Assembly: GCF_035594765.1 (NCBI RefSeq)
Contig: NC_085845.1
Location: 173,492,897-173,556,896 of the forward strand
DNA: 64,000 bases
Direction: 5' to 3'
From: Anolis carolinensis
Taxonomy: Eukaryota
Shown: piece by piece, positions 12,186-25,150 of the stretch
How positions within the stretch are numbered: position 1 is the first letter of the stretch
Layout: every line of letters begins with the position of its first letter
Made by a program: the position numbers and the translations under genes
Notes under the pieces: model-generated
Database searches by the model: none
What the model saw: only the letters and a program-made list of their open reading frames with translations
What the model was told of the DNA's origin: nothing

Positions 12186-14032
12186 TATCTGGAATAATTA
12201 GCTTAATCATTTCATCCCTGGAGCCAGGGCAACTGCTATATTATTGAATGGTAGGACTACAGTTTTCTTTGTATCTTATATCTTCTGGTAAGTTGTAGAT
12301 CAGGGTTGGAAAACCTTTAATTCTCTTGATGTTTTGTGGTACAGATCCCTCAATCTCTTGTCATGCTGGACAGGTCAGACTAGAGTTGTCAGTCAAACAG
12401 CTAGAAGACTAAAATTTCCCCATCGTTATCTTAGGTAATTGAAATGTATGGTGCAGTTCACCTTGATGTTTCCCATATAGACTCTGCTGAAATGAGTGGA
12501 AGTGTGCACAATAGCTCTGTTTTTAATCTCCCAGTGGAAATTATCTGTGAGAATTTCAATGCTTTGTACCCCAAAATGGTGGTGGCACTTCCCATTCTAA
12601 ATGTAGTAGGGCAACTACAAAGATGGAGGGATGACTCTGTTCTTTGATATTGAAGGACTGCTTCTTAATTTGATAAGTCTTTTGATACTGAAGAGCTGCT
12701 CCTCAATTTGCTTGTCTGTTCTTCAGATGCATTTAAGACAAATATGGGAATCATCCAGCTGTCCAGATATTGGACTGTAACTCCATCATTCCACACCATT
12801 AGCTAGGCTGGTTAAGGTAGCTATGACTTGTAGAAAAATATATGGAGGGTTGCTTGATTCCGACCAGTAATTTAAAGAATCAGATGCCTGTGTTCCTTAT
12901 CCTGGTGCCTTTCCGATGCATTGGTCTACAGCCCTATGGCTGAAAGTTGTGGTCAAATGCGTCCAAAGGACATTATACTGAAGAAGGTTAAAAGCTCAGA
13001 AAAGCTACTATTCTCAGAATACTCCAGCTGTAGGAACATTATTCTAACCAACCAGGCTGAATTCTTGGGTTGCAGTTATGTAGAGTTATTTGGGAGTTAG
13101 TTCCATTGTACCCATGGTTTGAAGTACAGAAATACCACCAGCACAGTCTAGTCAGTAAATGCATTAGGGCTTTGTTTCTTACGGTCTGTATTGTAGATCC
13201 GAGTACCCCTCAATTAATGATATGCAATAGGACTACACAATTTGTCATCACAAAAGCCCCAGGGGCAGAAAGCAAGTTTTCAGAAGAGACACAGTGGGAC
13301 AATGGAAGGAGGGTAGAAGAATGTGCTGGCTCTATAATGATTACTTTAGCTCTCTTGAGTACCAATTAGGCTATTGTTACCTTGATCTAATTTGTCCTCA
13401 CAATTTCAAAATGATCACTGCTTTCCATGTTACAGAGGAAAATTCAAGCTGAAAGCAACTTTACCGACTGTTTGTGGTTCAGTAAGATCCCTCTGGGATT
13501 GGAATGAGATTGGAATGTAGTAATTAAGAGAACAAAAGTCCTGTAATATTGTGATGAGAATGGAGAGTGATTGAATTGGAGGAACAGAGAATGAAACATA
13601 ATGCAGCAAACATACTGGGACTCAAAAATGCAATTTTGAAAGGGATTGTCCAAACCAGATGTTTGAATGTGTATAGACATGTACTTGTGTTGTAGGCAGG
13701 ATAGAGAACACATCGCTTCAGCAGTACATTGTGCTTTATGGAAAGACATATTGTGTTAAACATGAATGCTGCTGGTTACATCATGAGACTTTCAAACAGC
13801 AACCTGCTGTGCAATATAATTGCCCAGAAACTAGCTAAGCAGCTCAGAACTAATAAGAAGAGTTAGTTGTGATCTCTACATAGACATGGGCATTATGATC
13901 AATGGCAACTGCATTATTAACCCCCCTTTTATCTGCTGAATCTTAAATATTACAGCCACCTTTCATTTCCAAGCATTCATCTTGTTTCATCAGCTCTTAT
14001 CAAGAGGTTTTTCCTAATGTTTAGATGAAATC

Positions 14033-14137
14033 CCAGCTTAAGCGGCTGAGGGGGAAAAGGAAGGGGCCTGAGGCTGTTAGGAATGGTGGGAGTTGAAGTC
14101 CAAAACACATGGAGGGCCAAAGTTTACCCATGTCTGG
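14033..14137. mobile_element. Half of the palindromic hAT-MITE family seen at 53944-54145
   Basis: gcttaagcggctgagggggaaaaggaaggggcctgaggctgttaggaatggtgggagttg. Confidence 0.7.
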
Positions 14138-14399
14138 TATAGAGCATGTGCTTGAGAGGATCAATGGGCTTGGAAATTAATGTGACAAAGTAATCACAAG
14201 AGAAATAGAGAAGGTCACTTCTGAACTTTTCATAAAGACACACAGAGGTTAACATGCTTAGAACAGTGAACAAGACAGCTACACTGGCAGCTTATAGAGA
14301 CTGTGTTGCGCTAGCCAAAATGTTTTGATCCGGAGTAGCCCATAAAGGATGCCAAACAGCTCCATAAAACGATTGAGGAGAAAAGAGAAAAGCTGAATA

Positions 14400-14715
14400 A
14401 GGTAAGGTAAGGTTTTCCCCTGACGTTAAGTCCAGTTATGTCTGACTCTGGGGGTTGGTGCTCATCTCCATTTCTAAGCCAAAGAGCCGGCGTTGTCCAT
14501 AGACACCAAGGTCATGTGGCCAACATGACTGCATGGAGCGCCATTACCTTCCCGCCGGAGTGGTACCTATTGATCTACTCACATTGGTATGTTTTTGAAC
14601 TGCTAGGTTGGCAAGAGCTGGAGCTAACAGCGGCTGCTACCGTTGTTCCCAGGGATTCAACCTGGGACCTTTCGGTCTCCAGCTCAGTGTTTTAATGCAC
14701 TTCGCCACTGGGGCT
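14400..14715 (-). mobile_element. Sauria SINE
   Basis: Reverse copy of the family; ggtaag tail repeats. Confidence 0.8.
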
Positions 14716-15099
14716 GGATAGATATTCTTTAGCCAATGGGCAACGGATCTGATTTTATGTTTGAAACGTATATTTTTAATTCACAATGTATTTTAATAGT
14801 TTTAACTGTTTTATGTGCTGTTTTATATTGATTTGTATGGGCATCTAATGGTTGCCACTGTTGTAAGCCGCCCTGAGTCCCTTCGGGTGAGAAGGGCGGG
14901 ATATAAATGTCAGAAATAAAATAAATAACATTCGGTTATAGTCCTAAAACGGATGGTTAAAAAGAGATAGCAGACTTGTTTGGGGGTATCTCTCATGAGC
15001 TTTGCAGGTTTTGTGCTGTGCCTAGAACTGCCTTTGTAATGTTATTCAAGTAAGAACATGTGACCAGGACAGCTGTTGTTGTTGTTGTTGTTTGTATTA

Positions 15100-15752
15100 T
15101 TATTATTATATTTATTTATACCTGGCTTTATCAAAGCGGTTTTACATTAAAGTATCAGCATAACCATTTAAAATGTACAAAAATGTGAACATTAAAACAG
15201 AATTAAATATAAACAGTCTTTTAAAATTCCCAGTTAAAAACCATTGAAACAAATTCAAAGTTAAAAACCACAGCACCCCCCTGAATTGATCTTTAAAACC
15301 TTCATCTTTAACAGCCTGCCTGAATGAAAAGGTTTTAACCTGCCGTCAGAAGGACAGCAGGGAGGGGGCTATTCTGGCTTCCATGGGCAGGGAGTTCCAG
15401 AGTTGAGGGGCAGTCACCGAAAAGGCCCTCTCTCTTGTTCCAACCAACCAGGCTTGAGATGGAGGTGGGACCAAGAGAAGGGCCTCTCCTGAAGATCTCA
15501 GGGTCCAGGCATGCAAGGAGATGTGGTCAGCCAAATAGCCTGGACCTGAACCATCTACCAGGGCTTTAAAGGTTATAACCAGCATTTTGAGTTGTGTCCG
15601 GAAACAGACTGGCAGCCAGTAGAGCAGCTGCAACAGAGGGTTGTCTGCTCCCTGTAACCAGCCTGAGTTAGCAACCTGGCTGCAGCTTTTTGGACCAGCT
15701 GAAGTTTCCAAGCACTCTTCAGAGGCAGCCTCACATAGAGCTGTTTCAACAG
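15100..15752 (-). mobile_element. L2 LINE 3' fragment
   Basis: LLQLLYWLPVCFRTQLKMLVITFKAL...RAFSVTAPQLWNSLP. Confidence 0.85.
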
Positions 15753-16873
15753 TAATGAATACATGGTCTATAGAAATCTTTCCTTGCACCTTTTGAATGT
15801 CTTAATGGAAACTAGCATGGCATAACATTTGGAGTCTATACTTATGTCATAAACAGGGGAGGTAGCAGAATAAATTATATGGCAGCTTCTGCCAATCTGC
15901 TTCCTGACATTCACAGATTTGAAGTTAACAACAGGGTTGAAAGTGGTCATTTTCCTGTTTCTCAAGTCAGTTTCTCAAGTCACCCTGACATGAAAAAAAT
16001 ACTCCTGTGTTGCTGCTACTTAATTTTGAAATGACTCACCCTGTATGTCCTTCTCATCATTTAAATGGCATAATACGGTGGCCAGTTCATTTGGGCATCT
16101 CTAACTTCTTTACACATACTTTCATTTCTTTGTCAGGATATTTTAGACACTAATCTAAATATTTTACCTGCTTATCAAACCACTACTCAAAATCTTACAC
16201 CCAAACTCATCTGTAATAAACAATTTAATCCTAATAGAGTAGATCAAACCAATAGATGATTTGATCTACACTTTAGAAATGCTTGACTAGCAATAATGGA
16301 TTAGTCTCAACAGAAATATGAATATTACTTCTGATATTTTTAGCCTTTGTGAGGTTATCCTATAAGGCATTTCTAAAACAGAAAAAAATACATTCCAGTA
16401 TGTTAAAACACAATAAAAACTGTTAGCCGTAACTGTTGGGAAAAGAATGAGAAGCAATTTTGGGATATCACTTCTACTGATATGTACTTATTCTGACTGG
16501 GAATTGTTGGGCAAGTTTCATCATAACAATGGTATATTCATTTTAGCAGGCTTTACAGAGCAGTATCTCTAGGGACCCACCTTTTTATTGTTTCCAAAAC
16601 TACGTGTTTGCTCTATTGGTCTTCTGTGTCTGTGTCAGTTGATGTCATCTTGGTTTTTTTGTTCTGAGCAAAGCCCAGAAGAAAACATGATGCCAACGGA
16701 AATATTCAAATATTCTCCTGAGCACTGGACCCTGACATTAACTGAAGTGTTTACCCAAATCACCATACAGGTATAAATGCAGTGCTCTGGAAACAGACTG
16801 TAATTGTTCCGAATCACAAGAAGGAAAAGCAAGACCCTAAGAATTATTGACCTTTGGTACACTGACTCTAAGT

Positions 16874-17838
16874 CAGGCCTGAGCAACTTGGCAGGGGCCA
16901 AAATGAAATTGACAAAACCTCTTTGGGCTGCAGATAGGTTCTTTGTGAGAGGGTGCCTTTCCCTCAGAGTGAGCTGCAAAGTAGATTAGCATCAATTTCC
17001 CCGTCTCTTTACAGCATGGTGGCAAATTGCAGTCCTTTTCTAAAGGAGGGAAAAACCACTGTTCATTTCCATCAAGACCCCACAACACCATCATGGTGAA
17101 GCTACATTCCTCCCTTGCAAGGGAGAGGGAGAGTTGGTGGTTTTTCCTACCAGAGGAGAAGACGACAGAGGCAACCCAGAGGCAAAGAAAGAGGAAAAGG
17201 GGTGTAGCCAAGTTTCTCCCTCACAAACCAATGGTACAGAGTTGGCAGTTTTGTTGCTGAATGGGAAAGAGACGACAGACGAAAAGGGAAAGGAAGAGTG
17301 CCAGAGGCAAGAACTGACACCCTTCTTTATCGCCTCCTCCTCCTGCTAAAACAACCAATCTATGGTGCTCCTTTTGTCACAGCTTAGTTTGGTAACTTTA
17401 ATGCACACCGAAAGGAAACATGTAAAGGTAAGATACTTGGAAGAGAGAATGGCGGAAAGGAGAAAATACAGGAAAGAAGATTCCACCTGAACATCAGGAA
17501 GAACTTCCTCACTGGGAGGGCTGTTTGGCAGTGGAACTCTCTCCCCAGACTGTGGTGGAGGCTCCTTCTTTGGAGGCTTTTAAACAGAGGCTGGATGGCC
17601 ATCTGTCGGGGGTGCTTTGAATGCCATTTCCTGCTTCTTGGCAGGGGGGTGGACTGGATGGCCCATGAGGTCTCTTCCAACTCTACTATTCGATGATTCT
17701 ATGCGGGTTCTAGTTGCTACTCTGCTGTAGTGCCACATGTGACCTCCCCCTTCAAGGCTTAGGCCAGAGCATATGTAGGCTGCTCCAAATCCTTGTGAGG
17801 GTCGCATCTGGCCCCTTGACCACATGTTCTGCAGGCTC
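16874..17838. mobile_element. hAT-like non-autonomous element, itself carrying a CR1 tail (17467-17705)
   Basis: Flanked by the duplication ACTCTAAGT (16865-16873 / 17839-17847); caggcctg..gcaac / gttc.gcaggc ends. Confidence 0.6.
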
Positions 17839-17859
17839 ACTCTAAGTTATATAATAAAT

Positions 17860-18209
17860 ACAGTAGAGTCTCACTTATCCAACACTCGCTTATCCAACGT
17901 TCTGGATTATCCAACACATTTTTGTAGTTAATATTTTCAATACATCATGATATTTTGGTGCTAAATTCGTAAATACAGTAATTACTACATAGCATTACTG
18001 CGTATTGGACTACTTTTTCTGTCAAATTTGTTGTTATACAAATTGCTATACAATGTGCTTAATTTTGTGTTTTGGTGCTTAATTTGTAAAATCATAACCT
18101 AATTTGATGTTTAATAGGTTTTTCCTTAATGCCTCCTTATTATCCAACATATTCGCTTATCCAACATTCTGCCGGCCCATTTATGTTGGATAAGTGAGTC
18201 TCTACTGTA
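17860..18209. mobile_element. Tc1/mariner-type MITE
   Basis: TA-flanked TIRs cagtagagtctcacttatccaac / gttggataagtgagtctctactg; second copy at 43477-43822. Confidence 0.8.
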
Positions 18210-18421
18210 TATGTAAAATAAATTGGAGGATTGGGAATCAAATAACTAGAAGATTTACCCTGAACACTATTGACCATTGTTTGACTATTTTTTGATTCAA
18301 CAAGGAATTGCTACTTGCTCCTACTAAACATTTATTTGCTGCCTTTGTTGACTTAGCAGCAACTGTTGGCTGGATTGATAGAAACCTGTTGTGGCATAAA
18401 GTGACCAACAGTAATATAATT

Positions 18422-19120
18422 GTATTGTCGAAGGCTTTCATGGCTGGAATCACTGGTTTATAAACCTCCCTTGCCTAGTTTCCAACATATCTCACAACCC
18501 CTCTATTCTGCCTTGATCAGACCACACCTGGAATACTGTGTCCAATTCTGGGCACCGCAGTTGAAGGGTGATGTTGACAAGCTGGAAAGCGTCCAGAGGA
18601 GGGCGACTAAAATGATTAAGGGTCTGGAGAACAAGCCCTATGAGGAGTGGCTCAAAGAGCTGGGCATGTTTAACCTGCAGAAGAGGTGGCTGAGAGGAGA
18701 CATGATAGCCATGTATAAATATGTGAGGGGAAGTCATAGGGAGGAGGGAGCAAGCTTGTTTGCTGCAGACTAGGACACGGAACAATGGTTTCAAACTACA
18801 GGAAAGGAGATTCCACCCGAACATTAGGAAGAACTTCCTGAATGTGAGAGCTGTTCAGCAGTGGAACTCTCTGCCCCGGAGTGTGGTGGAGGCTCCTTCT
18901 TTGGAGGCTTTTAAGCAGAGGCTGGATGGCCATCTGTCGAGGGTGCTTTGAATGCGATTTTCCTGCTTCTTGCAGGGGGTTGGACTGGATGGCTCATGAG
19001 GTCTCTTCCAACTCTATGATTCTATGATTCTCTGAGGATGCCTGCCACAGATGTGGGCGAAACGTCAGGAGAGAAAGCTTCTGGAACATGGCCATACAGC
19101 CCAAAATACCCACAGCAACC
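18422..19120. mobile_element. Penelope-like element remnant with an internal CR1 (18500-19030)
   Basis: Duplication CAGTAATATAATT at 18409-18421 / 19121-19133; the Penelope terminal repeat is interrupted by CR1 ([19 protein letters not shown]; ctatgatt tail). Confidence 0.8.
19028..19073 (+). ncRNA. Minimal type I hammerhead ribozyme motif (Penelope terminal repeat), intact core
   Basis: TTCT-CTGAGGA-T-GCCTGC-CACAGAT-GTGGGC-GAAA-CGTC-AGGA: CUGANGA and GAAA cores, 6-bp stem II, palindromic ACGU stem III, GUC cleavage triplet ending at 19066. Confidence 0.7.
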
Positions 19121-20202
19121 CAGTAATATAATTATCTATGGTTTCTAATCATGGACCACTATTCTGATACAACTGCTAGAACAAGAGTTGACATTTCTGA
19201 CTCATTAAATGATCCTATCCCTATGAATAAGAAAGTAAAACAAGGATGCCTATTGGCATCATCACTCTTTAATGTACAGTATATATGAATGACAAAATCC
19301 CAGCATTGCATGGCTAAGAATTTTTCCCTGCCTTTAAAAGCAATCCATATATCTATTTTGCATGCTTTTTTGCTTCTGTTATGCAAGATTAACACAAGTG
19401 GACTATTACAACCATGCCCTCTAGTGATCAAGCTGAAACAATGCTCTTCATGTATAGATTTTTGAGGGGGGAAAGAGGAGCTGGTTGAATTAGGGTTTGG
19501 CATGGGAGGAATAAAATCATTATTTCTTCTCCCATTTCAATGCTTGAGCTCTGGAGGAGCAATCTGGCAGAATGTGGTCACGATGTGCAATGATATCACC
19601 TGGAGTTTATAAGAACTACAACAGCAGTTGGAAATCTAACTTCCCGCTAGAAAGAAAACTGTTAAGCTTTCTGACAAACTGGTTAAATGCATGATTTACA
19701 TCACTGAGAAGTTATCCACAATAATAATTACATCACTTCGAAGTTATCCACAAAAATATTTAGACTACCTTGTGCTTCATCACCAGAAAAGCACACTATT
19801 TGGATTTCAGTGTTTGGACACTGCACACCATTAAAGTTCATTCCTACTCTACTCATGTCCAGAGTGATTTGTTTTAGGGCAGAGATTTGTTTTAGGGCAA
19901 GTTGTGGTTTTAGAAATGTTGGTATAGTGCAAGCACTACAAATTTTGCACCACTGGTATATTTTACAATGTATACACCTAGACTTTCTGCTTATTTGTCA
20001 TGAGCATATTGAAAAATTAGTAATATGTGGTGGATTGGGTGCAGGAACTGGTGAAAAGCCCTAAACTTACACTTGCAGCCACGAGATCCTTCAACCACAC
20101 TTTACTTTGTGAGATAAGAAAGGAATATGAGTCTCCAGTGTTAAGTCTTTCCTTGTAGCCCTTGCAGGTAAAATATACTTGTTTTTAAAAGAAAGCTAGG
20201 AT

Positions 20203-20430
20203 TCACCAGGTGACCTAAAAGCACCACATCCCACCTGATCTTGGATGCTAAGGAGGATCAACCTTGGTTAGTGTATGGATGGGAGACTACCAAATAGTAC
20301 CAATTGCTATAGATTATATTTTGAAGGTAGGAATTGGCAAAACTACCTCTCATTATTCCTTGCCTAAGAAAACCTGATAAAATTCATGAGGTTGCTGTAA
20401 GTTGACAGGCCACCTGAAAGCAAATGCAAG
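20203..20430 (+). mobile_element. 5S rRNA-derived SINE (5S-Sauria-like)
   Basis: ctgatcttggatgctaaggagga...ttggttagtgtatggatgggagac resembles 5S rRNA boxes A/C; followed by the ccttgcctaagaaaacc...gtaagttga tail shared with other SINEs here. Confidence 0.7.
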
Positions 20431-21537
20431 TTCGTACTCACAAACAGGATTCATCAGACATTGATGTTTCTATATTCAACATCAAGTTCATTGCATATGT
20501 AATATGAACACCTAAGAGCCAATACAACAAAATAAATCATGTGAGGTAATACTAAAATCTAGTAGCCACTAAGAGAGATGAAGAAATGGGAAAGAAGTGG
20601 GAGGCACCAGCTGGCTTATGCAATGATTACTTGAATGCAAAGATCCATTATATTTCATGGGTCTAGATACCTGATCTCTGCCCTCAATGTGGGGGGGATG
20701 ATGGAAGTTGAATGTATTGTAGTTCTTCATTTTTGTTGAAGCACAATTCAAGTTGCCAGCCCTGCCTTCCTATCAGACATCCCATCTATTTCAGTGAAAA
20801 GAAGTTTCGAAGAAACTGAGGTCAACATCACCTTTATTACTCTGCCCTCCTCCAGGCACTGTGGCAATTGAGATTGGAGTTAAAACACACTGGCATGTAT
20901 TAGACTGAAACCAGACATGAAAGAGTGCTGGAAATAATAAGAAAAGGACTGAAAATCATTCAGCCCTCCTACTATTGCTGAACTTTAACTCCCAATATCT
21001 TTAGGGAACAAAGGAAATGGTGAACAATGCTGAGAGCTGCAGTCGAACAATATGTGGAGAGTGTGCATAGATCCATTGTTCAGAACAAGGGAATATTACA
21101 TTTTTGTACCACAAATACTTGAAACTCATAGTCAAGCTGGCTGGAGATTTCTGGGAGCTATACAGTAGTACAAAAAAATAACTGACCCAAGTTCTGGTTT
21201 TCTTTTAATATCTTATGAAGCTGAATATGACTGCTTTGGCAAGAAGAGAATGTGGACAGAGTCTACAATCCAGCAGAGTAGCAAGCTATTGTTGAAAGCG
21301 ATAATCTGTTCTTCAAAAAGTGACATGGCCCACTTCCAGACTTTGGTTTTGAAAGTCATCCTATGGCCAGACTTTGGAAAAGCTCTCTCTCTCTTTTTTC
21401 TCTTTTTTTTTTTACCGTAACAGCCAGCCAGCAGGGCCAATGTCTATGGGAGCCCAATGGCAGATTCTGGGAGCTGTACTCCAGAAACATGACTCTTCCA
21501 AGCTCTGCATGTGCCACAGCTTTCACTTTTCTCCTGT

Positions 21538-21689
21538 TCAAGGTAAAGCTCCGTGTTTGCGCCCCACTTCAGTAAAGGCCTCCACACATCGGTCTATATC
21601 TTCTTCACTGTGAACAGCTGAGATCTGCACCCGGATACGAGCTTTTCCCTTTGGCACCACTGGGTAGCTGAATCCAATGACGTAGATGC
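21538..21689 (-). CDS. GCAT: GCAT exon 9 (terminal)
   Basis: [50 protein letters not shown]; the nine exons sum to 1257 nt = 418 aa + stop with consistent phases. Confidence 0.95.
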
Positions 21690-23141
21690 CTTTGGGGAGA
21701 AAAGAGAAAGCTTAATCACTTGTTACACATCTGTCTGCCCTTCTAATGAGCTCATGGTAGTATACAGTGGTATCTTCCACACTTTATACTCACAAGTCAT
21801 GCAGTGCACTTCAATTCTCAGTAAGGACTAGAAACTGGATCTCTGGTGTTCCAGATCAGCACTCTAACTATTATACTGCAGTGCTTGTTTCAGATTTTAT
21901 ATTGTGGCATGTTTATACTTATCTATTCTATTGTCTTAATTTTATTTTGTGAGCCTTGGCCATTGAGATGGGCAGTTAACAAAAAGAAGAATATATATGA
22001 CCAGCAAAAGCAGACCATATCGGGAACTGCTTTATTCTGAACTGGAATATTGCATCTATCTAGCCCAGTACTATCTATCAACTCTGGCTGGTTTTCTAGC
22101 TCTACCTAGAAATTCCCAGTATCTCCAATTGGTTTTCCATCCAAGTACTAATCAGACCAGAATCCAAAATTAGACCAACATGCTTAAGGTTAGTTTGGTA
22201 GTACATATAACAGAACTTACAACTATGGGTCAAACTGGTTTTCTGAAGATAATGCCGACCCTATGGAGCATTGAGAAAATCTCCTGTGAAAAGATGCAAC
22301 TTGGGCTCTTGAAGTTGCACTAATTTCCAGAAGTTCCCAAGGAGGCTCTGAGAGTCACAATCCAAAAAGGGTAAATATTTCCAAGCTGATTAAAACCAAA
22401 TCCACAAGTCATTTAAACAAGGACTGGCTCCATAATAAGGCAGAATGTGATGGCAACAGATTTAGGGAGAGATGAAAGGTTGAGCCTTTCATCTCCCAAG
22501 AACAAGAAGAAATGCAGGTGTGAGACTTTCAGCCTTAGTTGCCAATATAATGAGCTGGTTTTGGGTCAAAATATTCTAACTTGTGAGAGTGAAAGTGCCA
22601 TTTGCTACTGTGCTTAAGAATTGAGATGTCCCCTGCTTCATCAAGGAAATCCAAATTTATGTCTATGCATTTGAAGTGTGTGTGTGTGTGTGTGTGTTTG
22701 GGGGGGGGGGGGGGATAGTCCTGAATCAGAAGGATGCTTGCCTGCAAGCGATGCCAGCTGGGATCTATCTTGTTTGTAACTTGGGGACTGCCTGTATTTG
22801 CAGCCGGAGTCATTTGCATTTCCCAAATTCTAGGCTAAAGCTGAGTTTTCCTGGTTTCTTGTGGAACCCCTTGCTAAAGGAGAATAAACTTCCCTGGTTG
22901 CCTGTCATTGCTCAGTAAAGATCTATATGTTTGAAACAAAGGGCAGGTTCTATGTTGAATTTTATTTGCCTAAGAAATGCTATGAATACTTGTTACTCTA
23001 ACATGCAGTATCAGTGAGTAATATCTGCACACACTATAAAATGGAAAACGGGCACTTAAAACATTCTATGGTTAACTGGACCCAACTCTGATGGCAAAGC
23101 ATTCACAAGCTACACAAAGCTTCCTATCACAAAACAGTTAC

Positions 23142-23263
23142 CTCTCTTCAGCATGTCATCAGCCATCCCTGAAGCCAGCCGAGCATCACCCAACATCACT
23201 GGGCAAATAGGATGATCACTGCCTGAAATGGTGAACCCAGCTGCTGCCATCTTGCTTCGAAAC
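23142..23263 (-). CDS. GCAT: GCAT exon 8
   Basis: FRSKMAAAGFTISGSDHPICPVMLGDARLASGMADDMLKR; |gtaact donor; 122 nt. Confidence 0.95.
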
Positions 23264-24179
23264 CTTCAAGAAAAAGGAAGGCCTTCAAAATCCATGCATT
23301 TTATTTTTTGCAAATTTATCTCCAGCTGAGAGTAGTGTAGATAACTGTCTTCTCCTACTTTATCCTCAGAACAATCCCTAAAGTAGTAAACCTGAGTGAG
23401 GGAACCTGCTGAAAGTCACCTAGTAAGTTTTATCATGGCTCAGTGGAGATCAGAGCCAAGATCTCAAGCTTCAATCCAGCACTGCAACCACTACTGACAT
23501 CCTTTGCCCTAAGTTTATAAGCTTTGTAGTTGTTTGAGTGTTGGACTACAATGCTAGAGATCAGAGTTCGAATCCCCTCTCAGCCATAAAACCTACTGGG
23601 TGACCTTGGACAAGTCACATTCTTTCAGTCTCAGAGGAAGTAATGGCAATTCTTTCCTGAAAAAAATATTGGCAAGAAAACACTAAGTTTGCCTTAAGAT
23701 CGCCACAGGTCAGAAACAACTTGAAGATACACAACAACAAACTGCAACTGACCAGTTTAAGAATATCAGCTTTGTTTACATGTTTATGCCTTCTGTCATA
23801 TGTCATATGTCAAGGGTCCTGGAACGGATCTCTTGTGTGATGTTTTATTTTTGTGATCTTTTTGCATACTTTAAATGCTGCTTTATGTAGTTTGAAACGA
23901 TGTGTTAATATATTTTTAAGAAAAGAGTATCAGCTCTCCCTTCTCTTCTGCTTCACAGTGTGATTTAGTTTACTATTACCATTCTGACTTGTGCCATAGA
24001 AACATCTAAAAAGGAATGAGGCTTCCTGTTATCAAAATCTCAGTTAATGCATGTAGCCAAAATATATAGCCAGTGAAAATCATAAGAAAGGTATCAGCAT
24101 GTTATGCAAATGAAAAAAAAAATGTAAAAATATAATAAATACTTTTAAAACTAGAAAAAATCTCTCCCTATCCCCATCA

Positions 24180-24980
24180 TCGCAGTGGGGATATTCAGTT
24201 ACCTACCCTGGATGGCAAGGCACTACGCCCGTCATCATTGGTAAAGAGTCTGGGAGTCCTTTTGGACCCTCTGTTGACGATGGAGGCCCAGGTCTCCACC
24301 GTTAGCAGAACCGCCTTTTTCCATTTGTGGCAGGCTAGACGGCTGGCCTCCTATCTGTCTAGAGACGACCTAGCCACGGTGATCCAGGCCATGGTCATCT
24401 CAAGACTGGACTACTGTAACACCCTCTACATTGGCTTTCCTGTGTCGGTGATCCGGAAGCTCAAGTTGGTACAAAATGCAGCAGCTCGGCTTTTTGCAGG
24501 ATTCCCGTTGAGATGCCACATAACACCAATCTTACTACAGCTGCACTGGTTACCAATTGAGCACCAGATCGCCTTCAAAGTGATGGTACTTACCTTTAAG
24601 GCCTTACATGGTCTGGGGCCGATGTACCTGAGGGACCGCCTCATCCCCTACCAACCCCAAGGATCCCTCCGTTATGAGGACCAAGACCTATTGGAAGTTC
24701 CTAGTTTTAAGATCTTGCGCCTAACAGCAACTAGACACAGAGCCTTTACAGCAGTGGCGCCATCACTTTGGAACACCCTGCCACCTGAAGTTCATGCCTT
24801 GCGGGACATATCAGCCTTCTGCAGGGCATGTAAGACACACCTGTTTCGGCAGCTTTTGATTTCTGTTATTGCTGTTTTTAAATTGTTTTAGATTTTAGTC
24901 TGTTTTGGAAACCGCTCCGAGCCCTAGGGGAGTGGTGGCATATAAGTTCAAAGAATAAACAAATAAATAAATAAATAAAA
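24180..24980 (+). mobile_element. L2 LINE 3' fragment in GCAT intron 7 (antisense), open 217-aa ORF2 C-terminus
   Basis: VKSLGVLLD...SRLDYCN...LKLVQNAAAR...LHWLP...APSLWNTLP; (TAAA)n tail. Confidence 0.9.
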
Positions 24981-25150
24981 TCGCTATAGAATACAGGGAG
25001 TACAAAAGCTAGAAGAACAAGGAGTAAATAAAGTAAAGAAAACTTGGTGGTGGAATGAAGTATTCTGGAGGAAGCCAAAGCTGGCTGGAATGTGAATGGG
25101 AAGGCACTGCAACATTTTGATGCATGCTTCACTTTTTTTACACATTTCCT

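Larger units (their letters stand above)
16650..19290 (+). mobile_element. Fossil non-LTR retrotransposon RT, split by nested insertions
   Basis: Collinear RT remnants: PTEIFK..W..L.EVF..WKQTVIVPNHKK..DPKNY (16660-16860); TIDHC...HLFAAFVDL...IDRNLLWHK (18260-18405); KVKQGCLLASSLFN (19230-19275). Confidence 0.75.

Noticed and set aside
20203-20320. Functional 5S rRNA gene
   Set aside because: Many substitutions, and continues into a SINE tail
11800-21500. Search for GALR3 (neighbour of GCAT in human) or a remnant
   Set aside because: No GPCR-like translation seen here or in 1-10800; the gene may simply lie left of the window, so no loss is claimed
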